The notes under the pieces: generated by a model
Database searches by the model: none
What the model saw: the letters and a program-made list of their open reading frames with translations, nothing else
What the model was told of the DNA's origin: nothing
Assembly: GCA_003971905.1 (NCBI GenBank)
Contig: RSEE01000069.1
Coordinates: 310,001-374,000 of the forward strand
Origin: Moniliella sp. 'wahieum'
Lineage: Eukaryota
Direction: 5' to 3'
DNA length: 64,000 nt
Part shown: positions 26,901 through 38,764 of the stretch, piece after piece
Layout: every line of letters starts with the position of its first letter
How positions within the stretch are numbered: the stretch's first letter is position 1
Made by a program: the position numbers and the translations under genes

Positions 26901-27584
26901 CCAATGCTGTTGACCAAGTGGGCCAGCTGCTTCCTGGTGCGTCTGCTGGGCCGAGCGGAGGAGGGGGCCCGATACATATGCGTCTTTTGCCAGCTGTCTC
27001 TGCTACGGCGGGGGGCACTGAGTACGCAGGGTGTCTGGAAGGGGGCCGTGAAACGCGGGCGGCGTCACGTCAGTGGGCAGCCCCGCGTGAGCATGGCGCG
27101 TGGCCAACGAACAGGGGCGAGGATGTGAGACGAGGCGTGGCCGGCAGCGGACATGCGGTCGGCCTTAGGCCATAGGACGGATGGAATGGGGGGATGGTGG
27201 CGTGATGGGGCGGTGATGTGCCGTGGGAGAGGGGATGATACGGTGCAACCGCGCAGAGCCGAGCGAGCCGCGGGAGGCTGGCAGGCGGGCAGAGCGCCAC
27301 AGTGCGGATGCTCCGGAGGCGGCAGGCGACACTGGGCGGGTGCGGGCGGCGACACAGTGGCGCGCCGCCCGCGGCAAGCCATGGGCGCTGCGGGCTGGGC
27401 GCAGCGAGAGCTGGCTGGTGCTGGCGTCGGGCGGGTGCTGGCTGGTGCTGGCTGCTCCCCCGTGTGCCGCGCTGTGCTGGCCGGCGGACGCGTGCGGTGC
27501 GCCGCGCCGACTTGGATTTTTCTGCGCCCAGCCGCTCGCCAGCCGGCCGGTGCTCACCACCACCACCACTGCCCCCCCCCCACC

Positions 27585-30295
27585 ATGCGTGGCCTCCGCG
27601 ACCTCCGCCGCTCCCTCACACGCGGCGAGCGCGAGCGCGCCGCACAGGAGCTCGCCGCTCCCCCTCCAGCACCACCTCCTCGTCCCGCGACCACCACCGC
27701 TCCATCCACGGCGCCTTCAGCCTCGGCCGCAGCAGCAGCGCCGTCGGCAGCCCTCCGCTCGCCGTCTCCCCCCCCTCTCCACCGCCCCCGCCCACTCTGC
27801 CGTCAACGCACGCGACCCCCCCAGCTCATCATCCAGGCCGTCGCCTCCAGCGGCGCCGCGCCCCTCCCGCCGGCTGCCTGTCCTACAATGTCGGCGACTT
27901 TTTCCACGTCCAGCATGAACCCCCTCCCACTGCCGACTGGTTCGACGCCGTCGACCCCATCCACGGCGCCGCCGGAAGGGTACCCCAATCCGACTTTACT
28001 GTCCTCACCCGCACCACCCACCAGCCCATCACGCCTTCCTTCCCCTGTCCCCCGGCGGGGCGACGACTACCTCGCGCTCCTCTACCAGCATGTCCCACCT
28101 CTCCCCGGGCCACCACCCCGCCCATCACCCTCCCGGCTCCCATCCCGCCACCCGAGGCATGCTCGCCCGCGTCCGATACGACTTTACTGCGGAACGGAAC
28201 GATGAGATGAGCGCAGCAGAAGGGACAGAGGTCATGATCTTGGCCCACTCCACCAAGGAGTGGTACGTTGCTCGCCCCTTGCCCGTGCTGACTACCGAGC
28301 GGGAGCAAGGCCGACTGGGGCAACCCACTGCGGCCCAGTTGGCCAATGCAGGCAAAATCGGCCTGCTGCCCGCAGCGTACGTTTCGCTGTGCGATCCTAC
28401 CTCGGGTCGCATCCTGGCCGACCACGAGGCGGAGGCACTCGTCTTTACTGGCGTCATCCCCGCCCGTCGAGGAGTGGAAGCGTCGCGTCAGTGCGTTTAC
28501 CTATGCCAGCCAACAGGCGCAGGCACGCCAAGCTCAGGACAAAACTCAGCAGCACACTCAAGACCACGCTCTGCCCCCTCCTTCGCATCAAATGCCCGCC
28601 CCCTCCTACCCTCCCGTCCATGCTCACCCCCCCGTTCACACCCCCTCCTCCCCGCCAGTCCAATCCCATCCTCTCACCTCGACCGATCCAGAAGGAAAAC
28701 CCTCTCCTTCCCCGGTGCCTTCTGCTGTGGGCGCGGCCGATGCTTTGATCGAAGGGGCTGACCCTGCCGAGTTGCTTCGCGCCGGCTACCTTCCTCCTGG
28801 CGGCAGTCCCCTCCCGACCGGTATGGTCACTTCGGCTCGGGTGGAAGGGGTGCACTTTGAGCAGGGCGACTATTGGTTCCGCGTGCGGGCCACACACTTA
28901 TCTTGGCCTCCTCCCCCCGCTCCTGGTCCCTCCCGAGGCTTGCGTTTGGCCCATGGTGGACGTGTGCCCGCCCGGCCACCGGTCCCGGAGGACGAATTTA
29001 ATGAGGAGGAGGAGGAGGACGATTTGGAAGGGATTGATGATCTCACACCTCCTCGAGACGACGACCCGCCACTTCCCCAGCCCCCGGACGAACTGCCCAA
29101 GGCCCAGCCGGGGCAGGTGCATGATCTGATTCTCTACCGCTTGTACGAGGACTTTTACGAGTTCCACATTGCCCTGTTAGACTATTTCCCGCAGGAAGCT
29201 GCCTTGGGCCAGGCTGAGGCCCACCGCCTTGCCGTTGCTGATGAGGCAGGCGTCCGGGCCAGCACGGGGTCCAACGTGTCCGCATCTGGGTACAATGCAT
29301 CGCTGCCTCAGGTCGACTCGCAGGGCCGAGCGTTCCTTCCGCTTATGCCGGGCCCGGTCCCCCCAGCTGCTCAGCAAGAGGAGCCGTCCCCGCCTGGAAT
29401 CATCGATGCGGCATGGGAGCAGCAAGCGGCCGATTTGAACCTGTACACTTCCCAGTTGACTGCCTTGCCGCTGTACATTGCACGCTCTGAGCTGGTTCGA
29501 CTCTTCTTTGAGCCCAGGCCTGGGGACGGATGCGTCCTGGTCAATTCCCCGCCTGATCCGCTTGCCCGCAGGGAGGCAGGCACACCCTTGTATTCCTTCA
29601 CTGCTTCTTCGGCCAGCGCAGAGGGGCCCGAGGCTGAGCACTTGGCCCGCCAGCTGTCCAACACCCACCTCGGTCCCGGATCGGCCGTCAGATTGTCTGG
29701 CTCCAGCGGACAGCTCGACCCTGCCGCTCTGGGGGGGTTGGGCATGAGCCGAAACTGTTCCACTTCCTCGGGTGCGTCCCTCCTGGCTGCCGATGCCCAC
29801 CACCTCGGGCGCCGGTGGCAACGAGGTATCCCTCCCTGGCAATCGGGGATCTCACACGACATCTACCTCCAAGTCTGCTTCCACCAAGTCGTGGGGCTCT
29901 ACGGGGTCGGGATCCGTCCCGTTCAAGACGCCTCCCATGGCACGCGGGCCGACCGGTACCTCGTCGTACGGCACACCCGCGTCGCACGCTGCTACCCCCA
30001 ACGTGGCGGGGGAAGCGTTGAAAGTCAAAGTACTGCATTTGGGCACGGGGGATGTGGTGGCGCTGCGGGTCCCAAGGGGTCCACGTTGGACCAATTGGCT
30101 CAACGTGTGCGCGACCGGTTCCCCCCCTCGTCGCATGACGGAGGGCCGCTGCAGCTGCGCTATAACCCCCACAACCCGTCTGCCCCGGCGGCCGCGCCGG
30201 ACCAAGCCGAGTTGCTCTCGCTCGATTCGGACGAGGCTTTGGCCAGCTGGGCCGAAGGAAGGACTAAGTTGACCCTGTTTGTAGGACCGCAGTGA
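27585..30295 (+). CDS. BEM1: Bem1/Scd2 polarity scaffold (SH3-SH3-PX-PB1); indels
   Basis: MRGLRDLRRSL; SH3-1 LSYNVGDFFHV...DWFDAVDP; SH3-2 ARVRYDFTAERNDEMS...EWYVARP...GLLPAAYV; PX LYRLYEDFYEFHIALLDYFPQEA; PB1 LKVKVLH...DVVALRVP...LTLFV. Confidence 0.9.
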
Positions 30296-31318
30296 GCACC
30301 ATCGAGCACGATGGAAGTACCATTTGCTTTCCCCCCTCGTTCTGCTCGACCTACCCCACCTACTCGACCTACCCCTATCTTCCTCCCCTCTGCCCTTCCT
30401 TTTGTTATCGTGCGCCTATCCACTACCTCTGCCTCCATCTACATCTACCATCTGCCCCCGCACCCGGGCCATTGTGTGCGTTGCAAATCCGCCCCCCTCT
30501 CCGCATGCCACATGCCACTTGTCTGCCTCCTCGCCTCCGTCCTCCGTCCACCGCGCCGTACCTGCCCAGAAAAGCCGGCGGAGGGGAACGCAAGCGAAGC
30601 GAAGCGCAGCGAACGCAACGCAAGGAACATCTTGGTGTGAGCTGTGACGCCTCCCCTCGTTCGCTTGGCACGATGCTGTGGCCGCTTGGGCTAAGGATCA
30701 GACTTGGATTCCTCGCCTGTGCAAATCCACACGGCTGGGGTGGCGCTGCGATGTGGGGTCGGCCGGTGGGTTTGGGCGGAGATGAATGTTGATACGCGCA
30801 GGGAGACCAATGTAGGAGTGCGTTGGATGGTGGGTCTGTAGGTGCTTGGTGCTGGGATGGCAAGAGAGATCTGGTGATCTGGTGATCTGGTGATCTGGTG
30901 AGAGCTGAGAGTGGGTTAGCGACTGTGTTCGTCTACTGCTGCCCATCCCCTGGCCATCGACTATCCCCCACGGAAGCAGGCACGTGCAGCGCTCCCACGT
31001 GACCCGGGGTGGGTGTTTCGGATGGGGCAGCGTGGGGCTGGGCGCTGGGCTGGACGGCCCAGGGAGGAGGTATCCTTTAGCAGGCAAGCGGCAGCTGAAC
31101 ATTGCGTTCCTTTCCCCCGTGCGACGCGCGCGGGTATGTTGATGGTGTATCCAAGAGCCAACCCTAGCGCCCGCTGCCCCGGGCCCAGGCAGGGGGCCGC
31201 TGTGGGGACTAGGGTTGGGCCAGGGCCGCTGCCTAGGTGTGTGTGTGTTGGGCTACCTGCTGCTGCTGGCCTCCGTCGGCGGCGTCTGCTGTCCTGCTGG
31301 GCCCCCACCACCCTCGCC

Positions 31319-33919
31319 ATGTCTGCCGTGCCTGCGCTCCCACGCGAGCTGCGGCCCATCCAGCCCTCAGCCGACCCCCGCACCCGCGGCCCTGCCGCCG
31401 TCCGCAGCGCCGGACGCCTGGCCGACGACAAGGAGAACCAGCCCGGCGCACCCCCCGTTGGCGCCGCCGCCAAGGCGCCTCCTGCCTCCACCAAGCAGCA
31501 CACCAGCAAGAAATCCGTCCTGCCCACCGCCCCTGCTGTCATCGTCGACGCCCACGGGTACGAGTACCAGACCGGTCGGGTCCTGGGCCAGGGTGGGTTT
31601 GCGCGCGTGTACGACGCCCAGGCCGCCGACGGCACTCACTACGCTTTCAAAGTCATCGACAAGGCTCGGTCCTCTCCTCCAAACGCAACCGTGGAAAGCT
31701 CCTGGCCGAGATGAAAATCCACAAGTCGATGCGCCATGCCCACATTGTTGGCTTCCTGGACGAATTCGAGGACTCGAGCAACGTTTACTTTAAGCTGGAG
31801 CTCTGTGCTTACGGTGTATGTTTCTGTTGGATGCTCTGACTCCTGCGCACTCCCGATGGGCGTGCGAGGCCGTATCGTATGCTAACTTTTTTTTCTTCTG
31901 GCTCCAGAGCATCAACGACATGATCAAAAAGCGCGGCCGTTTCAGCGAAGAGGAGTCGCGCTACTTTGGTCCAGATTCTGACTGCCTGCCAACATATGCA
32001 TCTCAACTCGGTCATCCACCGTGACCTCAAGTTGGGCAACATCATGCTCGACGGCAACATGCAGATCAAAATCGGAGACTTTGGCTTGGCTGCGCTCTTG
32101 TCGTACCCCGAAGAGCGCAAGCGCACCGTCTGTGGAACACCAAACTACATTGCCCCCGAGATCTTGTACGACCAAGGCCAGGGCCATTCCTTCGAGGTGG
32201 ACATTTGGTCCGTCGGGGTCATTCTCTACACGCTCGTCGTTGGCAAACCCCCCTTTCAAACTTCCAACGTGCAAAAGATTTACGAACGCATCAAGCGCAA
32301 CGAATATGAGATCCCGCCCGACTGCCCCATCTCCCCCGAGGCCCACGATTTGATCAATGCCATTCTGCAACCCGACCCGCTGCTCCGGCCCACGCTGGTC
32401 CAGATCATGAACCATCCCTGGATCACCATGGGCGCTGTGCCTCTCAGTCTGCCGGCCAGTTCGGTGAACGCGATGGCCATCTTGCCCCCCATCTCCCTGC
32501 CCCAAAGCCAAGCCAACCTGCTCCACCTTCAACAGATCGGTAACTGGATCCCCAATGCGGACGAAGAGTTGCCTGAGGAACTGGAGGACGTAGAGATGAC
32601 CGACGCTGAGCCCGCTGGGCGCGAAGATCTTCGGTCTCGTCTGGGCGCCATGGTCGACATTGAGAACCAGCGTGCCCAAGCCAACTCGGAGGCCGAACAG
32701 GCAGTCAACCCCGACATGCCGGTCTCCACGTTGCTCAAAGCTGGGCAACCCTTGCAAAAGGTCCCTCCTCTGCTGCAGCCGCCTTGCGTGCCCCGCGTCG
32801 CCCGCCTCTTGCTTCCCATTCTTCTTCTGCTACCCCTCCCACCACCCGTCCCCCCTTCACGGCCCGCATTGTCGACCACCTCGCGGCGGCGATGCGCGCA
32901 TACGAAGCCAATACGGATCTGGCCATCCCCTTGCCTCTGGACGCTCTCCCCGCTTCGGTCGCCCTTGGCCCTGCTAAGACACCAATCATGGAAGCACAAC
33001 CGCGTTCGGATGGGACGGTGCGTCGTTGTCCCCTACGCCTGCGGCGTTTATCCTCTCGTGGCTCGATGCGTCGGACCGGTACGGGTTGGGCTATGCCTTG
33101 TCCAATGGCTCGGTGGGCGTGCATTTCCGAGACGGGTCGACGACGGTGCTTGCGCCGTCGCGAACCGGGTTCGAGTACGTTTGTCCTACCCGGCGAGCGG
33201 CGGCCGTGGGACCGAGCTCGGCCGATGCCGAGTCTCAACTGGGTTCGGATCTGTTGCGCCGAAAAGAGTACCCTCTCCCGCGCAACAGTCACGGCGACGT
33301 GCTTTCCGAGGCAGCGACAGACCAGGCGGCAGCGCTGCTGAGACAGGCGGCCGAACAGTACCTCTCCAAAGACCTGGTTAACAAACTCGAAATCCTCATG
33401 TACTTCCAAGCCGAGATTACTGACCGGTTGTGCGGCGCGGACCATCCGTTGATGCGCGTCGCCTCGGCCGGCAGCTTGGAGGGAAAGCCACTGCCCTTTG
33501 TCCACCGTTGGTTCCGCGCCAGCACAGCGATCGTCTTTGTGTTTTCCGACGACCTGGTCCAGTTTAACTTTTACGACCACATCAAGGTGCTCATCTCGAA
33601 CCGCGGCGCCGTCGTCGGCGCCATGGTGCCTAACGAGGCACCGCTCGCTGGCTCCCCTGGTGGACCACCGGCTCACCTGCTGTTCACTTGGCGCCTCGAT
33701 GAACTGGTCAACATTACCCGTCGCGACCGGTCGCAACGCGAGGCCGCTGCGCTCGCGGCTGCCCATGCCGCCACGGCTTCCCGTCCCGCCGTCCCGCTCT
33801 CGGACTTGGTCATGATTAACATCACTTCCCCCGAAGAACGCAGGGCCGCACGAAGAGTGTGGCGTAAACTTCCGGTTTGCTGGGAAGTTTTGGCCAAGAG
33901 CTCCGGGCTGGACGTGTAA
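31319..33919 (+). CDS. CDC5: Polo-like kinase; intron 31816-31907
   Basis: LGQGGFARVY, AFKVI, EMKIHKSM, HRDLKLGN, KIGDFGLA, TVCGTPNYIAPE; polo boxes WLDASDRYGLGYALSNG and VQFNFYDHIKV. Confidence 0.95.
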
Positions 33920-34874
33920 CGTGTAAAGCCCTGGTTCCGCTTTCCCCCCCCCCCCCCTCCCTATTGAAGCCCCCCCACGACCGTCGGTCCCGATCCCATC
34001 TGAGCTCTTGTTGCCCTTCCCCTTTTGCCTTCGCTTCGCCGCCTTCGCCTTCGCCCTTCGCCTTTCATCTTTCACCTTCTCTCGCCCTGGCTGTCCTGGG
34101 GATCGCAACCCCCTCTGAAGGCTGCTCGCTCTGTCGTTTGCCTTGCTGCGGCTTGCACTGCTATATAATTCTGGTAGGGTGCTGCGCCCCTTGCTCACCC
34201 CCCTCCATTCAGGCTCAACTCTTTTCATCTTTTTTACCCTTACCTTATTACCTTTACCTTTACCCAACCTACATCACTACCCCACTCGCGTCCGCGCTCC
34301 AGTCCCGTTCCCCCCACCCACTACGCGTCTTTCCCTTACTGCCCGCTGATCAACTGCTCCCCCTCCTCCCCGTACACCCCTCGTCGCTCTCTTGCTGCTG
34401 TTGTCGGCCCCGCGCTGCGCCTTATAGTCCATGCCACTGGCCTAAGGCCTAATCCTCGAGTCGCTTGCCCTCTCGCCACCCTACTGAACTACCCCCTTGT
34501 ACGCCTGCCACATGTCGTGCCGGACCAGATAGTCGGATCGAACGTGCCGCAGTACAGGCCTCCATGGGCTACGGCCCCACGGCGCATGGATGGCCCGCGC
34601 TGGTGCGCTGATGCGCGGTCGGAGGGTCGGGCCCAGGATTAGATCGATTAGCGAGGGGCTGTCACGTGTCACAGTGACATGCGACATGGAATGGGCGGGG
34701 GGGAACGTTCATCAATTATTTGTGCGCGCCTGCGGCCGCAAGCTCGTTGCGAGGTGCGAGGTAGTGAGTGGAGTCAACGTGGTCAACGGTGACCGGTGTG
34801 GACGTTTAGCGTACTCCCCAGTGGCCGGTGGCGAACGATGGAACGGTGCGGGAAGGGGGTTCAACGTTGTTCAA

Positions 34875-35280
34875 CCTCTGTTGCCCACTTTGACCGTGAT
34901 GGGCTCGCGTTCGGGCTGTTTGTACTTGGGGTAGCTGGAGCTGCCGACGGTGGTTTCGGTCCTGCATTTCTTTGGGTAGTTCTTTGTGCACACCCCGTCG
35001 ATGAGACTGGAGCGGAGGTGGCATTGGGGCCAACGTGAGGAGTATGGATCATGCAGCGCGTGACAGTCTGGTACAGGTTGGGTTCGGTGACAGGGTCTGG
35101 AATCTGAGCGGTAACAATCGCGTCGATCTTCTCAACCGTGTCTGGCTTTGGTATGGGCTTGAGGATGAAGAGGCAGTGCGCATGAGGAGGCCACGTTTCT
35201 GGAACTCGATGGTGTGCATAAAACTGTCGACTTGGCCGAGGACGTGCCTCTTGGTAATATCGTCGAGAAACTCATCGTTC
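34875..35280 (-). mobile_element. Helitron Rep-domain fragment
   Basis: VDSFMHTIEFQKRGL, then P-HAH across a 1-bp indel (rolling-circle HUH motif 2), IDAIVTAQIPDP, LYQTVTRCMIH, CTKNYPK, YPKYK. Confidence 0.85.
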
Positions 35281-35691
35281 AACGTTCAACTGAACGTTCA
35301 GCCTGATTGCGAGCCTGTGGTGACCGGTGACCAGTGAACGTTGAAGGTGTTGAACGAAGCTGAACGTGATAAACGGTTCTACTCGCCCCTGCTGTTATAC
35401 TACTCGCATCTTTGGTCCCCCCAGCCCGCGGGCCAGCTGGGCAGGCCAGAGATCCAGGCGCAGCGCGACCGAACTGAATGGAAGGATGATCGATGAAAGG
35501 AGTACTACTGTACTAGTATTCAACCCGATCACATTAGGGTCTTGCTCTTGCTTACTGCTCTCGGTGCTTGTACCAAATACACCAGTACGTTAGGTTGTCC
35601 CCCCAAGCAGGACCCTGGGTTAGGGACGGGGGCCAAGCGAAAAGAGACACATTGTTTTGTTGTGCTACAGTAAAAGGGAAACCAAGAGAAT

Positions 35692-35889
35692 GGAAGGAAA
35701 GGGAAGGGAAGGGAAGGGAAGGGAAGGGAAGGGAAGGGAAGGGAAGGGAAGGGAAGGGAAGGGAAGGGAAGGGAAGGGAAGGGAAGGGAAGGGAAGGGAA
35801 GGAAGGAAGGGAAGGGAAGGGAAGGGAAGGGAAGGGAAGGAAGGGAAGGGAAGGGAAGGGAAGGGAAGGAAGGGAAGGGAAGGAAGGGG
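35692..35889. repeat. (GGGAA)n pure-purine microsatellite, about 200 bp
   Basis: Direct read: tandem GGGAA with occasional GGAA units. Confidence 0.98.
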
Positions 35890-35911
35890 AGAGCAAGGGT
35901 GGCACCCAGGT

Positions 35912-37536
35912 TCACAGGTCCACAGTGTAATTTGCTGGGAACCAACCTACTTACCGTGACACTCGCCCGACCACCAATCATCCCGCGTCGGCGTTCGCTT
36001 CGTCACGCGAATCACGTCGCCAACATCAAACGAGATATCTGTATCGCCGGAAGCAGGCTTGTAGGCAAACTTGCCCATGACCAGCGTCTCATCCCACAGC
36101 CTCGGCCGCTCCGGCATCCTGACCCTGTCACAGGAGCAGCAGGTACGAGGTAGGTTCCGCCTCGATCGGAGAGGTGGGGCGGTTGCCGACCGAGTTGCCC
36201 CTTAGCCCCCGTGGAGCGAGGAAGATGCGCCATTCCGCGAGGGGCCCAAGTTCGACTCATAATCCGATACGGGCTTCGCCCGGGGACGATAGGGGTCTTC
36301 CTCATCCGAATCGTCGCCGTATCCACCATAGGAACGATTGCGACGAGGTGCGTTGCCGCTCCTCTGCGGGGAGGACCATCATTAAAAGAATAGTTACTAG
36401 CCCAGGACTTTCCGGCCGTGCTAGCGGGCACGCCACGGTCGCGGGAAGACTTCATGCCGAACCGATTGCTCGATCCCCCACCGCCAAAACTTGGAGCCAC
36501 GGTTGTGAGGTGCAGAGGGGTCTTGTTGCAATTCGCGATCAAAGTCGTCCATCTCGTCAAACCGGTGCGCTCGTTGAACGACCGCGCTTCGGCGAGTGAG
36601 AATGACCCAATGCCCGCCATGGTGGCGCGGCACCGATTCACTTTGCGTTCCCCTGCTGTGGCCTGACCGACGCTCCGATGTATATGGATCGCGGAACGAC
36701 TTACTTCTGCCGGTGGAGGAGACTGGTTGCTGTGTCCTCGCATGCAGCACCATAGTCGGCCTGGTCGCTGTCCGAATCGCCAAAGGGATCGTTCCCGGAC
36801 CGGTGACCACGCCATATCCGCGTTGCCATAGTTGTTGGACGAGGCGGGGGAGACGATGGAACTATCGTCATCGTAGTAAAACGAGGAACCTTCAGTCGGG
36901 CGACCCGACACGCGGTTCAGGGTATCGGTTAGGCCTACAGCAAACTCGGGCGTCTCAATCCTGCCAGAGAGAATGTGCTTGGGCCGTGACGCCAGGGCCA
37001 TAGGACTTGGCATTGGCATCGGCTCGGTCCATAAGGATGGTGCCCTCGAGCGAAATACCACCATACAGGCCCTTGCTCTTGGTAGCTCAGCATGGCTGCC
37101 AGTTTACCCGTGGAAGAGACCGAGCCCCCCGCTTCGGCAGCGCGGCCCAAGGGCCCAATGGCCAGCGCCATGTTCCCGCCTAGCTGGAGCGACCCGGTCG
37201 ACATGAACGTGGCGACGGCACGAGCGGAGGTGAGCACGATGAGAAAGTCAGTTACCTCGGCGCCGACATTGAAGCCGCCACCGAGGCCACCGAGACCAAT
37301 CGCGGTCGGAGGAGACCATGTTCCGTCGGGAAGACGGGCGACGACGACGCCGGCGCCACCGCGCGCGCTCATCAGGAAGCCGAGCGGGAAGACGCGTGAA
37401 GATGGCAAAGCCCTTGGCACGCGCCAGGACATGGCAGGCACGACATTGTCCACGCGGTCGGGCTGGTGAAAGTCGCGGAGGATTTTGTCGGCCTTGAGGC
37501 TCTGGAGGGGAGGGAGACGGGAAAGGGGTTGCCCAT
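35912..37536 (-). CDS. YSC84: Ysc84/Lsb3 family protein (SYLF/YAB domain plus C-terminal SH3); indels
   Basis: MGNPFPVSL, GFLMSARGGAGVVVARLPDGTWSPPTAIG, GAEVTDFLIVL, LGGNMALAIGPLGR; SH3 GKFAYKP...ISFDVGDVIRVT...DDWWSGE...GWFPANY. Confidence 0.93.
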
Positions 37537-38764
37537 CGGCGGTGCGGGGGGGGGAGATCGGAGAGGAGGATGGGCGCAGTGGGCGTGATGGGACGGAGAA
37601 GGAAGGGGAGCGGCCAGCGTGCGAGCTGGGCGTGTGGCTGCGCAGCGACAGCACCCTGGCCTGGGGCGCAGGCACGGTGACGTCACACGTGACTGCACAC
37701 TGGCTGGCGCCCCAGCTGGGCCGTGCGCAGCATGCTCGGTGAAAGTTGCAAGCTGGATGCATCCGCCAGGGCATCTGGTGGCCAGTGGTATGATAGACGC
37801 TCTCAGCACGCAAATCCTTGCTGACTCGAGCAGCGCACTCGCACCGCCGCTTCGCCAGCAGCGCCGCAAGGAGCGCGGCGGGGTGATCGATGATGATTGA
37901 TGACGGGTGGGGATACAGCCCCCTGGCCTCTGCGCCCAGCCTCCCAGCCGTGTGGCCGTCGCCCTGGCTTGGATCGCGGGGACGGGCTGAGTCAGCCGCT
38001 TGACAATTAAAGTGCCATTGCAAGTTGTCTCGGAGCCCAAGTCCGGCGGCAGGTGTGGATCGAAAGGACGCATGGAGGATAGCCAGAAGAGGAGGCTGGC
38101 GAGGCCCTAACACCATTCTTGGCGATGTATAGTATCGACCAACAACCCCACACTCTTGGCTCCAGCAGGGAACGAACGCCCTGATGAACTTTTGTCCACT
38201 TGCTCACCGTTCTCGGGACGGGGTCAGGTCCATCAACGTCCCTCACCTTGACCATCTCGCATTGGTGATTGAGATCTCCAGGGGGAGACGACCAAGCCTG
38301 GGCAGACAAAGGCGCGGGGCGGGCACCGAATGCCTTCGTACCGGCACCACGGCCCGACGGGTAACTTTTGGTACGTTAGTGTTTCTACCTCTCTGCTTGA
38401 TGACGACACGAACATGGATGACAATGAGGATGAGATTGGCCACCAGGTTCGGTGAGCGCGTTCCTGTGCCGTGGATAACATCCTGCCTCTGTCAGGCATC
38501 TTCCTAGCGCTGTACTCAATTTCGATGGCTCTTATGCCGTGAGAATTGTTCCATGTGCACCATCGGTATCATCCCATTTCTTCTTTTGTTAATAGGGACC
38601 TTGCATTGGGATGGCGTTCCGGTTATGTACTTGCGGACCCGCGACCATATCATGGCCTGCTTCGCCCGCCTCCGAGATGCTACTCTACTTGCCCTGCTCC
38701 CCTCCTATGGCGGCAGTCCACCACTCTTGCTTCTGGTGTCCTCGGGTTGGCCTTGCTGGCCAGA

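Noticed and set aside
35945..35956. GTAAGT near the YSC84 end as a splice donor
   Set aside because: Restoring one base gives HGKVGWFPANY, completing the SH3 without an intron.
35529..35981. ORFs encoding (FPSLP)n or (GKGRE)n
   Set aside because: Translations of the GGGAA microsatellite.
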